NCBI GenBank assembly: GCA_963790635.1
Contig: CAWBPJ010000003.1
Coordinates: 410,823-474,822, forward strand
Origin: an uncultured Actinomycetota bacterium
GTDB lineage: Bacteria > Actinomycetota > Thermoleophilia > Solirubrobacterales > Solirubrobacteraceae
Direction: 5' to 3'
Length of the DNA stretch: 64,000 nt
In this document: piece by piece, positions 45,851 to 53,161 of the stretch
Numbering within the stretch: position 1 is the stretch's first letter
Layout of the letters: the number at the start of each line of letters is the position of its first letter
Made by a program: the position numbers and the translations under genes
The notes under the pieces: model-generated
Told to the model about the DNA's origin: nothing
Databases searched by the model: none
Seen by the model: the letters and a program-made list of their open reading frames with translations, nothing else

Positions 45851-47122
45851 ATGCCGAGGCTCGCATACGTTTACGACCCGCTGTCCTTTGCTCCGCTATC
45901 GGTCACGGAGGCCGCCGACGGCATCTGTGATCTCATCTGGGTGATCGACAGCACAAAGCCTGACGCTCGGACGATCGCGAAGTTGCTCCGCAGGTTCGGC
46001 CCTGTGATCGACTCCGCGGACCTCACGCTCGAACAGGTCGCAGTCCGGGTGCGCGAACACGAGCCTGACGGCATCCTGTCGATGCATGACGCTGATCTGG
46101 TCTGGACGGCTGAGCTCGCGGAACTGCTCGGGTTGCCGTTTCACAGTCACGCGACCGCGGTTACGCTCACCGACAAGAACGCACAGCGCACTGCGCTTGC
46201 ACGCGCAGGGCTGCCGGTCCCCCCGTTCTCCATCATCCCGGCCGCAGCGGATCCAGCGGCCATCAGCCAGATCGGCTCGACGTTCAGATATCCGGCCGTC
46301 TTGAAGCCGCGCAACGGCCAGTCAAGTCGCGATACGCTGCCGATCGCATCCTATGAGGAGCTGGAGGCAACGCTGCTCGACCTGCGCCGGCGTCCGGGCG
46401 CGCCGGTGGAGGACTTCGTCCTCGAGGGATACATCCCCGACGCCACGAGTGAACTGGGTGGACATGGCTTCGCCAGCTTCGTGTCAGTGGAGAGCGTCGT
46501 CGAGCACGGCCAGGTCGCGCATGCCTCGATCAGTGCTCGGACGCCCTTCCGGTGGCCGTTCCTCGAGACGGGATACTGCACGCCGACTGCGCTGGCTCCC
46601 GCCCTCCAGGCAGAGGTGTTGAAGGTCGCCGGCGACGCTGCCCGAGCGTTGCAGGTCGAGACCTCGTGCCTGCACACCGAGATCAAGCTGACCGATGACG
46701 GCCCGGTGATCATCGAGGTCAATGGCCGACCCGGGGGTGGGATGTCAGAGATGCTCGAGCGCGCATCCGACGGCAGCTTCAGCATCGTCAAGAGCGCCCT
46801 GCGACTCGCTGTCGGTGAACACGTGGGGCTCACGGGCCCGATCGAGTGCTCACGCGTCGGCTACCTGCTCTACGCATTTCCGCAGACCGACCTCGAGTGG
46901 ATCGACGGCGTGGAGGGCCTCGGTCACCTGGGTGAACGCGACGGGGTGGATGAGGTTGTGCTCGTCAGAGGACCCGGACAGCGGGTCGACTGGCGCGAAG
47001 GCTCAGAGGCGCACGTCTTCCACCTGACCGGAACCACGGCTAATCACGATGAACTGTTGCAGTTGATTGCGGCGATTCCGACCCTGGTCCGGATCGAGGG
47101 CCACAACGACCAGCCGGTCTAA
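45851..47122 (+). CDS. ATP-grasp domain protein (L-amino acid ligase-like)
   Basis: Motifs TDKNAQR, YPAVLKP..GQSS, LEGYI, SVES, HTEIKL and IEVNGRPGG. Confidence 0.9.
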   Translation: MPRLAYVYDPLSFAPLSVTEAADGICDLIWVIDSTKPDARTIAKLLRRFGPVIDSADLTLEQVAVRVREHEPDGILSMHDADLVWTAELAELLGLPFHSHATAVTLTDKNAQRTALARAGLPVPPFSIIPAAADPAAISQIGSTFRYPAVLKPRNGQSSRDTLPIASYEELEATLLDLRRRPGAPVEDFVLEGYIPDATSELGGHGFASFVSVESVVEHGQVAHASISARTPFRWPFLETGYCTPTALAPALQAEVLKVAGDAARALQVETSCLHTEIKLTDDGPVIIEVNGRPGGGMSEMLERASDGSFSIVKSALRLAVGEHVGLTGPIECSRVGYLLYAFPQTDLEWIDGVEGLGHLGERDGVDEVVLVRGPGQRVDWREGSEAHVFHLTGTTANHDELLQLIAAIPTLVRIEGHNDQPV

Positions 47123-47168
47123 GGCGACAACGACCAGCCGGCCGAAGGCGACAACGACCAGCCGGCCG
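47103..47168. repeat. 24-bp direct repeat, about 3 copies, at the convergence of two operons
   Basis: ACAACGACCAGCCGG(T/C)C(T/G)AAGGCG repeated. It fills the gap between the two stop codons. Confidence 0.85.
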
Positions 47169-48434
47169 TCAGCAGATGGCGCCGACCTGAGCTTCCACAG
47201 CCGCCTCGACGACATCAATGCCGGCCAGCAGCGTTTCGTCATCGGTGGTCAGCGGCGGCAGGAACTTGACAACCTCGGAGTGAGAGCCGGCGGTCTCGAT
47301 CAGCACGCCGTTCGCAAACGCCTCACGTGAGACCCTCGCGGCAAAGTCGAGATCGCTGAGTGAGGCGATTCCCTGGAACATGCCCCGTCCACGCGCTTCG
47401 AGGAATCCGGGATGTCGAGCGGCGATCGCGTCCAGTCGGCCACGCAGCAGGGCGGCTTTGCGCTTGGTGTCCGCGCTGAAGGCGTTGTCAGACCAATAGG
47501 TCCGTAGCGCCGCGGTCGCCCCCACAAACGCGAGATTGTTTCCTCGGAACGTTCCCGTATGTCCGCCGGGCTCCCACACGTCCAACTCAGGACGGATCAG
47601 GACCAACGACATCGGGAGCCCGTACCCGGACAGCGACTTGGACAGCACGACGATATCCGGGCGTATCCCCGACTCCTCGAAGCTGAAGAAGTCCCCCGAC
47701 CGGCCGCAGCCGGCCTGGATGTCATCCACGATCACGACGATGCCGTGTTGCGCCGCGAGTGCCGTGATGCTTCGCAGCCATTCGGCACTGGCCGCGTGGA
47801 CGCCACCTTCACCCTGGATGCACTCGACGATGATCGCAGCAGGCTTGTCCACCCCGCTCGACGGGTCGTCCAGTTGCTTGGCCAACAGAGCGATCGTGTC
47901 GACGTCCGGGCCGTGGTAACCCTCGTAGGGCGCAAACGTCACACTGCCCAACGGCACGCCGCTTGCCTCGCGATACTGCCGCGCGGCAGTGGTGGCCAGA
48001 GCGCCCAGGCTGAGCCCGTGATATCCCCGCGTGAAGGCGATCACGTTGGTCCGTCCGGTTGCCAGCCGTGCAACCTTGATCGCGGCCTCGGTCGCATTCG
48101 CCCCGGTGGGACCCGTGAACTGGAGCTTGTAGCGGAGCCCGCGCCGCGTCAGGATCAGGTCGCGGAACGTCTCGATGAACTCGAGCTTGGCGGTGGTGGC
48201 CATGTCGAGGCCGTGCACGATGCCATCACGCTCGAGATACTCGATCAACGCCGGCTTGAAGAGCGGGTTGTTGTGTCCGTAGTTGAGTGTTCCCGCGCCT
48301 GCGAAGAAATCGATGTACCGCCTGCCGCCCTCGTCGATGAGCACCGACCCGCTCGCGGTGTCAAACATCGTCGGGAATGACCGTATGTATCCCCGAACCT
48401 CTGACTCCCACTCTTCAAAAACCTCAAGACTCAT
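47169..48434 (-). CDS. ectB: Diaminobutyrate--2-oxoglutarate transaminase (EctB-type)
   Basis: Motifs ESEVRGYIRSFP, DFFAGAGTLNYGHN, QFTGPTG, DDIQAGCGR, LSKSLSGYG and GTFRGNN. Confidence 0.92.
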   Translation of the reverse strand: MSLEVFEEWESEVRGYIRSFPTMFDTASGSVLIDEGGRRYIDFFAGAGTLNYGHNNPLFKPALIEYLERDGIVHGLDMATTAKLEFIETFRDLILTRRGLRYKLQFTGPTGANATEAAIKVARLATGRTNVIAFTRGYHGLSLGALATTAARQYREASGVPLGSVTFAPYEGYHGPDVDTIALLAKQLDDPSSGVDKPAAIIVECIQGEGGVHAASAEWLRSITALAAQHGIVVIVDDIQAGCGRSGDFFSFEESGIRPDIVVLSKSLSGYGLPMSLVLIRPELDVWEPGGHTGTFRGNNLAFVGATAALRTYWSDNAFSADTKRKAALLRGRLDAIAARHPGFLEARGRGMFQGIASLSDLDFAARVSREAFANGVLIETAGSHSEVVKFLPPLTTDDETLLAGIDVVEAAVEAQVGAIC

Positions 48435-49390
48435 GGCTTCACCGCCTTTGGCGTTCGCGACGATGACGTGACAAGCCTCGACATCAGCATCGCGAAACCT
48501 GGCGGCCAATCATGTGAACCGCCCTGGATAGATTGCAGCGTCACCGTGACGCCGGACTTACAGTGTGTGTACGTGGTGAAAATATTGGTCGTCGACCTCC
48601 TGGTCGACGGACGTGCCTTGCACTTGTCGACCTGCGCCCACCGCGCAGCCGACGCATGTGCGGACAGAACCGTCACGGGACCTCCGTACCCCCCAAAGGT
48701 GCCGCCGTCGTATGGGATTGTCGGATCAGACGTCGCGTGTATCTCGTAGACGAAGATGGGCTTACTCGGGCGGCAGCTGGAAGAGATGGCCGGCGACATC
48801 TGCCCTTCCACCGGGACCGTCAAGGTCAGGTAGGCCGCGGCCCTGCAGCCAAGCAGCTCGGCCAGGATCGCGCCGTTGGAAATCCCAGTCGCGGCCACAC
48901 GATGCATGTCGACGTAATGACTGGACTCCACACGATTCAAGACAGCCTCTGTGAATGCGACGTCGTTGACGTGATCAGCCTCCGCGGGCGGGTTTCCGGC
49001 GTCGTCGTTCCAGCTGTCCTCATAGCCCTGAAGAAACGCGACGATCATGTTGTGGTGCTGCTCGGCGTAACTCAGCAGCCCGGTCTCGCCGGCGATATTC
49101 TCCGCCGTGTCGTATGCCCCGTGGTACACGAGTACGAGTGGCAGCCGATGTTTGGACGTGTCACCAGGCGGAACGTAGAGCAGATAGGTCCTGAGGCGCC
49201 CGGCGGCCGTCACTGTGTATGTCTGCATTCCACCCGTGCCGGCGGTGGAGGAGTGCGGGATCCGATCGGCTCCTCGCGCAGGTGACCCGCTGGCCGCCGA
49301 CGCGATGCCCAGAGCCAGCCCCAGGGCCGCGCCGCCCGCGACGAGCACGCCGGTGATGACCGCGAGGACAGAGGCACGCGGACTGCGCAT
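48431..49390 (-). CDS. Secreted PHB-depolymerase/LpqC-like esterase
   Basis: Signal peptide. RTYLLYVP, PLVLVYHG, DVAF, TGISNG, HATSDP and HDWP. Overlaps the ectB start. Confidence 0.85.
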   Translation of the reverse strand: MRSPRASVLAVITGVLVAGGAALGLALGIASAASGSPARGADRIPHSSTAGTGGMQTYTVTAAGRLRTYLLYVPPGDTSKHRLPLVLVYHGAYDTAENIAGETGLLSYAEQHHNMIVAFLQGYEDSWNDDAGNPPAEADHVNDVAFTEAVLNRVESSHYVDMHRVAATGISNGAILAELLGCRAAAYLTLTVPVEGQMSPAISSSCRPSKPIFVYEIHATSDPTIPYDGGTFGGYGGPVTVLSAHASAARWAQVDKCKARPSTRRSTTNIFTTYTHCKSGVTVTLQSIQGGSHDWPPGFAMLMSRLVTSSSRTPKAVKP

Positions 49391-49395
49391 GCCGT

Positions 49396-50328
49396 TCAGT
49401 CCCCGAGCCTACGGCGCACGGCGCTCGGCCAGCTTTCGAGATCTACACCGTGTGTCCGGAACAACGCGAGCACGATCCTGTCCTGCCCAAAGGCTGCACA
49501 TGCCGTGTGTGCGAGCGACCCGTCGGCGAGCTTGAGGTCCCAGACATCCCCGAAATGATCCATGTGGTAATTGAAGGACGCGCAGGCGGTCCGAGTCGGG
49601 CCCGCAATCTGCACCTCCAACTCCCACTTCAGCTCCTCCGCGCTCTGGTTGGCCGCCAGCAAGCGGCCGACGCGCCCAAAGAAGGGGTCGTTTGCATTCT
49701 CGAGCTTGCCGTCCAGTCCGAGTTCGGAGAAGAGCTGCACGCCACGTTCGGACCAGTCCACGCGCCACTGCGCGACGTCGTCGGCCTGGCCGATGCGCAC
49801 GATCTCATGCATGCGGAAGGTCTGACGCCGTGCCGGGTCCTCCGATGGCTCGTGACGGAACACCCAGGCGCCGCCAAGATCAAAGGTAACCCCCTCAAGG
49901 GCGACGGGCCCCCGCGCCGCCAGCGCCGGGTAGACCGGGTAGCACGCGGCCGGCAACATCATCAGGTCGGTTTGGTTCTGGAATTCGCTCCAGTCCTCGT
50001 GCGCCGCCGCGCGCTCGCCCTGTGAACGAGCCTCAGACTCCGACCCTTCAAAGCCGAAGATGCTGCCGGCGAGATGGGGGAAATTGCCGACGTACCCGTT
50101 GGTCTCCAGGTCTCTCCGCGGCACCACAGGCGGGAAGCTGAGCTTCGAGGCACCGCCTGCAAGCGCGAGTCCGCTGACCGCTGCGGTCAACTGATCGCGT
50201 ACCCGCTCGTATGCCTGACCGTGGCCGTAGACGCCGGGAACGCCAGATTCGATCAGCAACCCCGCGGCGCATAGCTCACGCTGGAACTCCGCCTGATCGT
50301 TGCTTGCCGTTTGCACGTTAATCGACAC
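49396..50328 (-). CDS. Amino acid:[carrier protein] ligase (atypical SerRS catalytic-domain homologue)
   Basis: 310 aa with no tRNA-binding arm. PAACYPVY, motif 2 FRHEPS...R.Q.FRMHE, ANDPFFGR, SFNYH.DHFG and motif 3 HTACAAFG.DR. Confidence 0.92.
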   Translation of the reverse strand: MSINVQTASNDQAEFQRELCAAGLLIESGVPGVYGHGQAYERVRDQLTAAVSGLALAGGASKLSFPPVVPRRDLETNGYVGNFPHLAGSIFGFEGSESEARSQGERAAAHEDWSEFQNQTDLMMLPAACYPVYPALAARGPVALEGVTFDLGGAWVFRHEPSEDPARRQTFRMHEIVRIGQADDVAQWRVDWSERGVQLFSELGLDGKLENANDPFFGRVGRLLAANQSAEELKWELEVQIAGPTRTACASFNYHMDHFGDVWDLKLADGSLAHTACAAFGQDRIVLALFRTHGVDLESWPSAVRRRLGD

Positions 50329-50471
50329 GGGCGAATCTCCTGTCAGTCAGGTTGCCAAGCGAAACGTTCAAGTTCGTGACATCGAAGGGCGATCTTTGGT
50401 TCGGCACAATCGTTGATATCGGCGCCAGCCCGTAATGTCTTGACAAGAATCGACCGATAACACAGGTGACC

Positions 50472-50717
50472 ATGGACGACAAGATCCGAGAAATCCTCAA
50501 CGCGCACGGCGCATTGTGTGTAGCCGCCGCGCGCTTGACCGACGACTCCGACCTATACGAGGCCGGCATGACCTCCATCGCGAGCGTCAACGTGATGCTC
50601 GGGCTGGAAGATGAGTTCGATGTCGAATTCCCTGACAGCATGCTCAAACGCAGTGTTTTCGAAAGTATCGCCGCGATCCGCGCGGCCCTCACTGAACTAC
50701 AGGCTACGCCGTCCTGA
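50472..50717 (+). CDS. Acyl/aminoacyl carrier protein
   Basis: DLYEAGMTSIASVNVMLGLEDEFDVEFPD, with the predicted phosphopantetheine Ser in GMTS. Divergent from the ligase. Confidence 0.9.
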   Translation: MDDKIREILNAHGALCVAAARLTDDSDLYEAGMTSIASVNVMLGLEDEFDVEFPDSMLKRSVFESIAAIRAALTELQATPS

Positions 50718-50765
50718 CGTCAGCGCCCCCGACCGGCGCTGACGACAGAACGGTGGACAACGGTG

Positions 50766-51728
50766 TTACGCAAGCGCCTGGATGACCTGCGGGATGGGTG
50801 TGATCGACTCCGCCTCTCGAGGGGTGAACGAGCGGGTTGGCATCCGCAGCCACTCGGCCTCGAGTGTCGGCTCGATCTCAGCGTAGTCGGGCATCCATGC
50901 GTCGCTGGCTTCGGGTAGGCGGGTGAAGCGTTCACGGAAGATCGTTCTGAGTACGCGTTTGCCGTCTCGCCAGGCGTTGAGGTTGCTGAGTCCGTGGATC
51001 CGTAGCTGTTCGAAGCTTGGGACCTCAACGATGTTGAACCCGGCCTTGGCGGCACGCACGTTCAACACGGTCTCGACCTCGAACCCGTCGCAGGTGATGT
51101 GCAGTTGCGGCAGGCAACGCCGCCAGAACGCGCTGTACCCGTAACAGAGATCGGTGTAGCTGGTCCCGAACATCAGATTCACGCCGGCGCCGAGCGCACG
51201 GTTGCCGAGACTCCGCACACCCGTGATATCGGCGCTGCCGCCACCATCCATGTAACGCGACCCCTTCACGAAATCAGCGCCATGGATCAACGGGCGGATG
51301 AACGTCGGGATCTCCTTCGGATCAGTCGAACCATCCGCGTCGATCATCACGAGGATGTCGCCACGCGCAGCCGCGAAACCGCACGCCAGCGCGTTGCCCT
51401 TGCCCCTGCGATCCTGCAACACGACCCGCACATCGGGACGCAACTCACGCGCGACCGCGATCGTGTGATCGGTCGAATGCCCATCAACGACGATCAACTC
51501 ATTGATCCCGTTCGGCAGATGCTCAAAAACATGCGGCAGGTTCGCCGCCTCATTCAACGTCGGAATGATCGCGCTGACCGTCGGCCTGTTACTCAGGTCA
51601 CGCCGCTCCCGCTCCCGCTCACGCGCAATCGACCTACGATCGCGAACCAAATGATGGTGATGGCTTCGATCCCGAGCCAGATGACCCGTGGTCTTCCCCT
51701 GACCGCGCTCATCGATAGTGATACTCAT
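50766..51728 (-). CDS. Glycosyltransferase family 2 (DPM1-like polyprenol-phosphate glycosyltransferase)
   Basis: Motifs IIPTLNEA, VDGHSTD, GKGNAL, IDADGS, KGSRY, TDLCYGY and GFEVE. Confidence 0.9.
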   Translation of the reverse strand: MSITIDERGQGKTTGHLARDRSHHHHLVRDRRSIARERERERRDLSNRPTVSAIIPTLNEAANLPHVFEHLPNGINELIVVDGHSTDHTIAVARELRPDVRVVLQDRRGKGNALACGFAAARGDILVMIDADGSTDPKEIPTFIRPLIHGADFVKGSRYMDGGGSADITGVRSLGNRALGAGVNLMFGTSYTDLCYGYSAFWRRCLPQLHITCDGFEVETVLNVRAAKAGFNIVEVPSFEQLRIHGLSNLNAWRDGKRVLRTIFRERFTRLPEASDAWMPDYAEIEPTLEAEWLRMPTRSFTPREAESITPIPQVIQALA

Positions 51729-52114
51729 CGCTTCCCGGACCTTTCCCCAAATCCGTTGTGTTCGTGTGGTCCTAACCCCTACAAGGCACCGTCCCTGCGC
51801 CTACGGCAAAGCGACGCCTAATCAGCCCCACGGAACGCACAAAACGCACCACAAGACCGACAAACCATCAACCTCTTTTCACCGCAACGGCCCTGTCCGC
51901 AACGACGATTTTTTGTGCTGCTTTCCCAACCCCGAGCCAACCCCTTGACTCAGGAAACTAGCCTTTCGAAATCAACGACCTCAATGCCGAAGACTCCCTG
52001 AACTGACCCCATTGTTACCGCACAACCGCCCGCCACGTCAAGGGATGGAAACTAAATTCCAACCTTTGTGTGCCGGATGTCACGCACTTGCCGCGACGCC
52101 ACAGCTCGCCCCGT

Positions 52115-53161
52115 TCACGCACCGACTGCGACCGCAACCGCGCCCGCGAAACGGTCCACATCCGCCTCGGTCGTGTCCCACGAGCACATCCACCGCACCT
52201 CGCCGGTCGCGTTGTCCCACTCGTAGAAATCGAACTCCTGCTGCAACCGCTCGCGTGCCGCCGGAGAGATCATTGCGAACACCGAGTTGACCGCCGGTGG
52301 TCGCGTGACGACGACGCCGTCGATCCCCGACACCACCTCGTACAGCCGCACGGCCATCGCGTTGGCATGGGATGCGTTCGCAAGCCACAGCGAATCGCTC
52401 AACAGCGCGTCGAACTGCGCCGCCACGAACCGCATCTTCGACGCCAGCTGCAGCGTCTGCTTGCGCAGGTGCAGCATGCCGGGCAGCAGTGAGCGGTCGA
52501 ACACCACCACCGCCTCCCCCAGCATCAACCCGTTCTTGGTACCGCCGAACGACAGCAGGTCGACCCCCGCCACTGCGACCAGCTCGGCCAGAGAGACGCC
52601 CAGCGCAGCTGCCGCGTTTGCGAACCGAGCGCCGTCGACGTGCACCCGCAGGCTCGCCTCGTGCGCCAGCGCGCCCAACGCGCGCAGCTCATCCAGCGAG
52701 TACAGCGTCCCCAGCTCACTCGACTGAGTCAGCGACACCAGCCCCGGCTTGACCGCATGCTCATCATTCGGCCGCTCCAACAGAGAAGCAAGCCCGTCAA
52801 CCGTCAGCTTGCCGTCGACCGTTTCGCCGACCAGCAGCTTCACGCCGGCGACGGCCTCCGGCGCACCGACCTCGTCGGTCTGTAGATGCGCGTTCTCTGA
52901 GACGATCGCCGCCTCCCACGGCCGCAGCGCAGCCCGCAGCGACAGCACGTTCGCACCCGAGCCGTTGAAGACGAAGAACACGCCTGCGTCCGGCGCGCCC
53001 AGCGTCCGGGCCAGATGCCGTTCAACGGAGGCCGTGTAGGGATCGTGCCCGTACCCGAAGGCATGCCCCTCGTTGACGGCAGCGATCGCCTCCAGCACCC
53101 TGGGGTGCACGGCGGCCGCGTTGTCCGACGCGAAACCGCGCCGCGCGCCGTCCGATGTCAT
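52115..53161 (-). CDS. ltaE: Low-specificity L-threonine aldolase family PLP enzyme
   Basis: Motifs FASDN, YG.D, FNGSGAN, HLQTDE.GAPE, HVDGARFANA and SFGGTKNG. Confidence 0.9.
   Translation of the reverse strand: MTSDGARRGFASDNAAAVHPRVLEAIAAVNEGHAFGYGHDPYTASVERHLARTLGAPDAGVFFVFNGSGANVLSLRAALRPWEAAIVSENAHLQTDEVGAPEAVAGVKLLVGETVDGKLTVDGLASLLERPNDEHAVKPGLVSLTQSSELGTLYSLDELRALGALAHEASLRVHVDGARFANAAAALGVSLAELVAVAGVDLLSFGGTKNGLMLGEAVVVFDRSLLPGMLHLRKQTLQLASKMRFVAAQFDALLSDSLWLANASHANAMAVRLYEVVSGIDGVVVTRPPAVNSVFAMISPAARERLQQEFDFYEWDNATGEVRWMCSWDTTEADVDRFAGAVAVAVGA

Noticed and set aside
47103-47168. Possible mini-CRISPR
   Set aside because: Three adjacent 24-bp copies with no spacers.
47169-48434. 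Ectoine biosynthesis cluster
   Set aside because: No ectA, ectC or ectD is recognisable in the window.
49396-50328. Housekeeping seryl-tRNA synthetase
   Set aside because: Too short, lacks the tRNA-binding domain and sits beside a carrier protein.
50440-50465. Sigma-70 promoter from a perfect TTGACA before the carrier gene
   Set aside because: No plausible -10 element at 16-18 bp spacing, so it cannot be supported.
51729-52114. Riboswitch, tRNA or att site at the right edge of the glycan locus
   Set aside because: I could not match c-di-GMP, c-di-AMP or tRNA consensus features on either strand, and found no repeat matching the left edge. An Rfam scan would be decisive.
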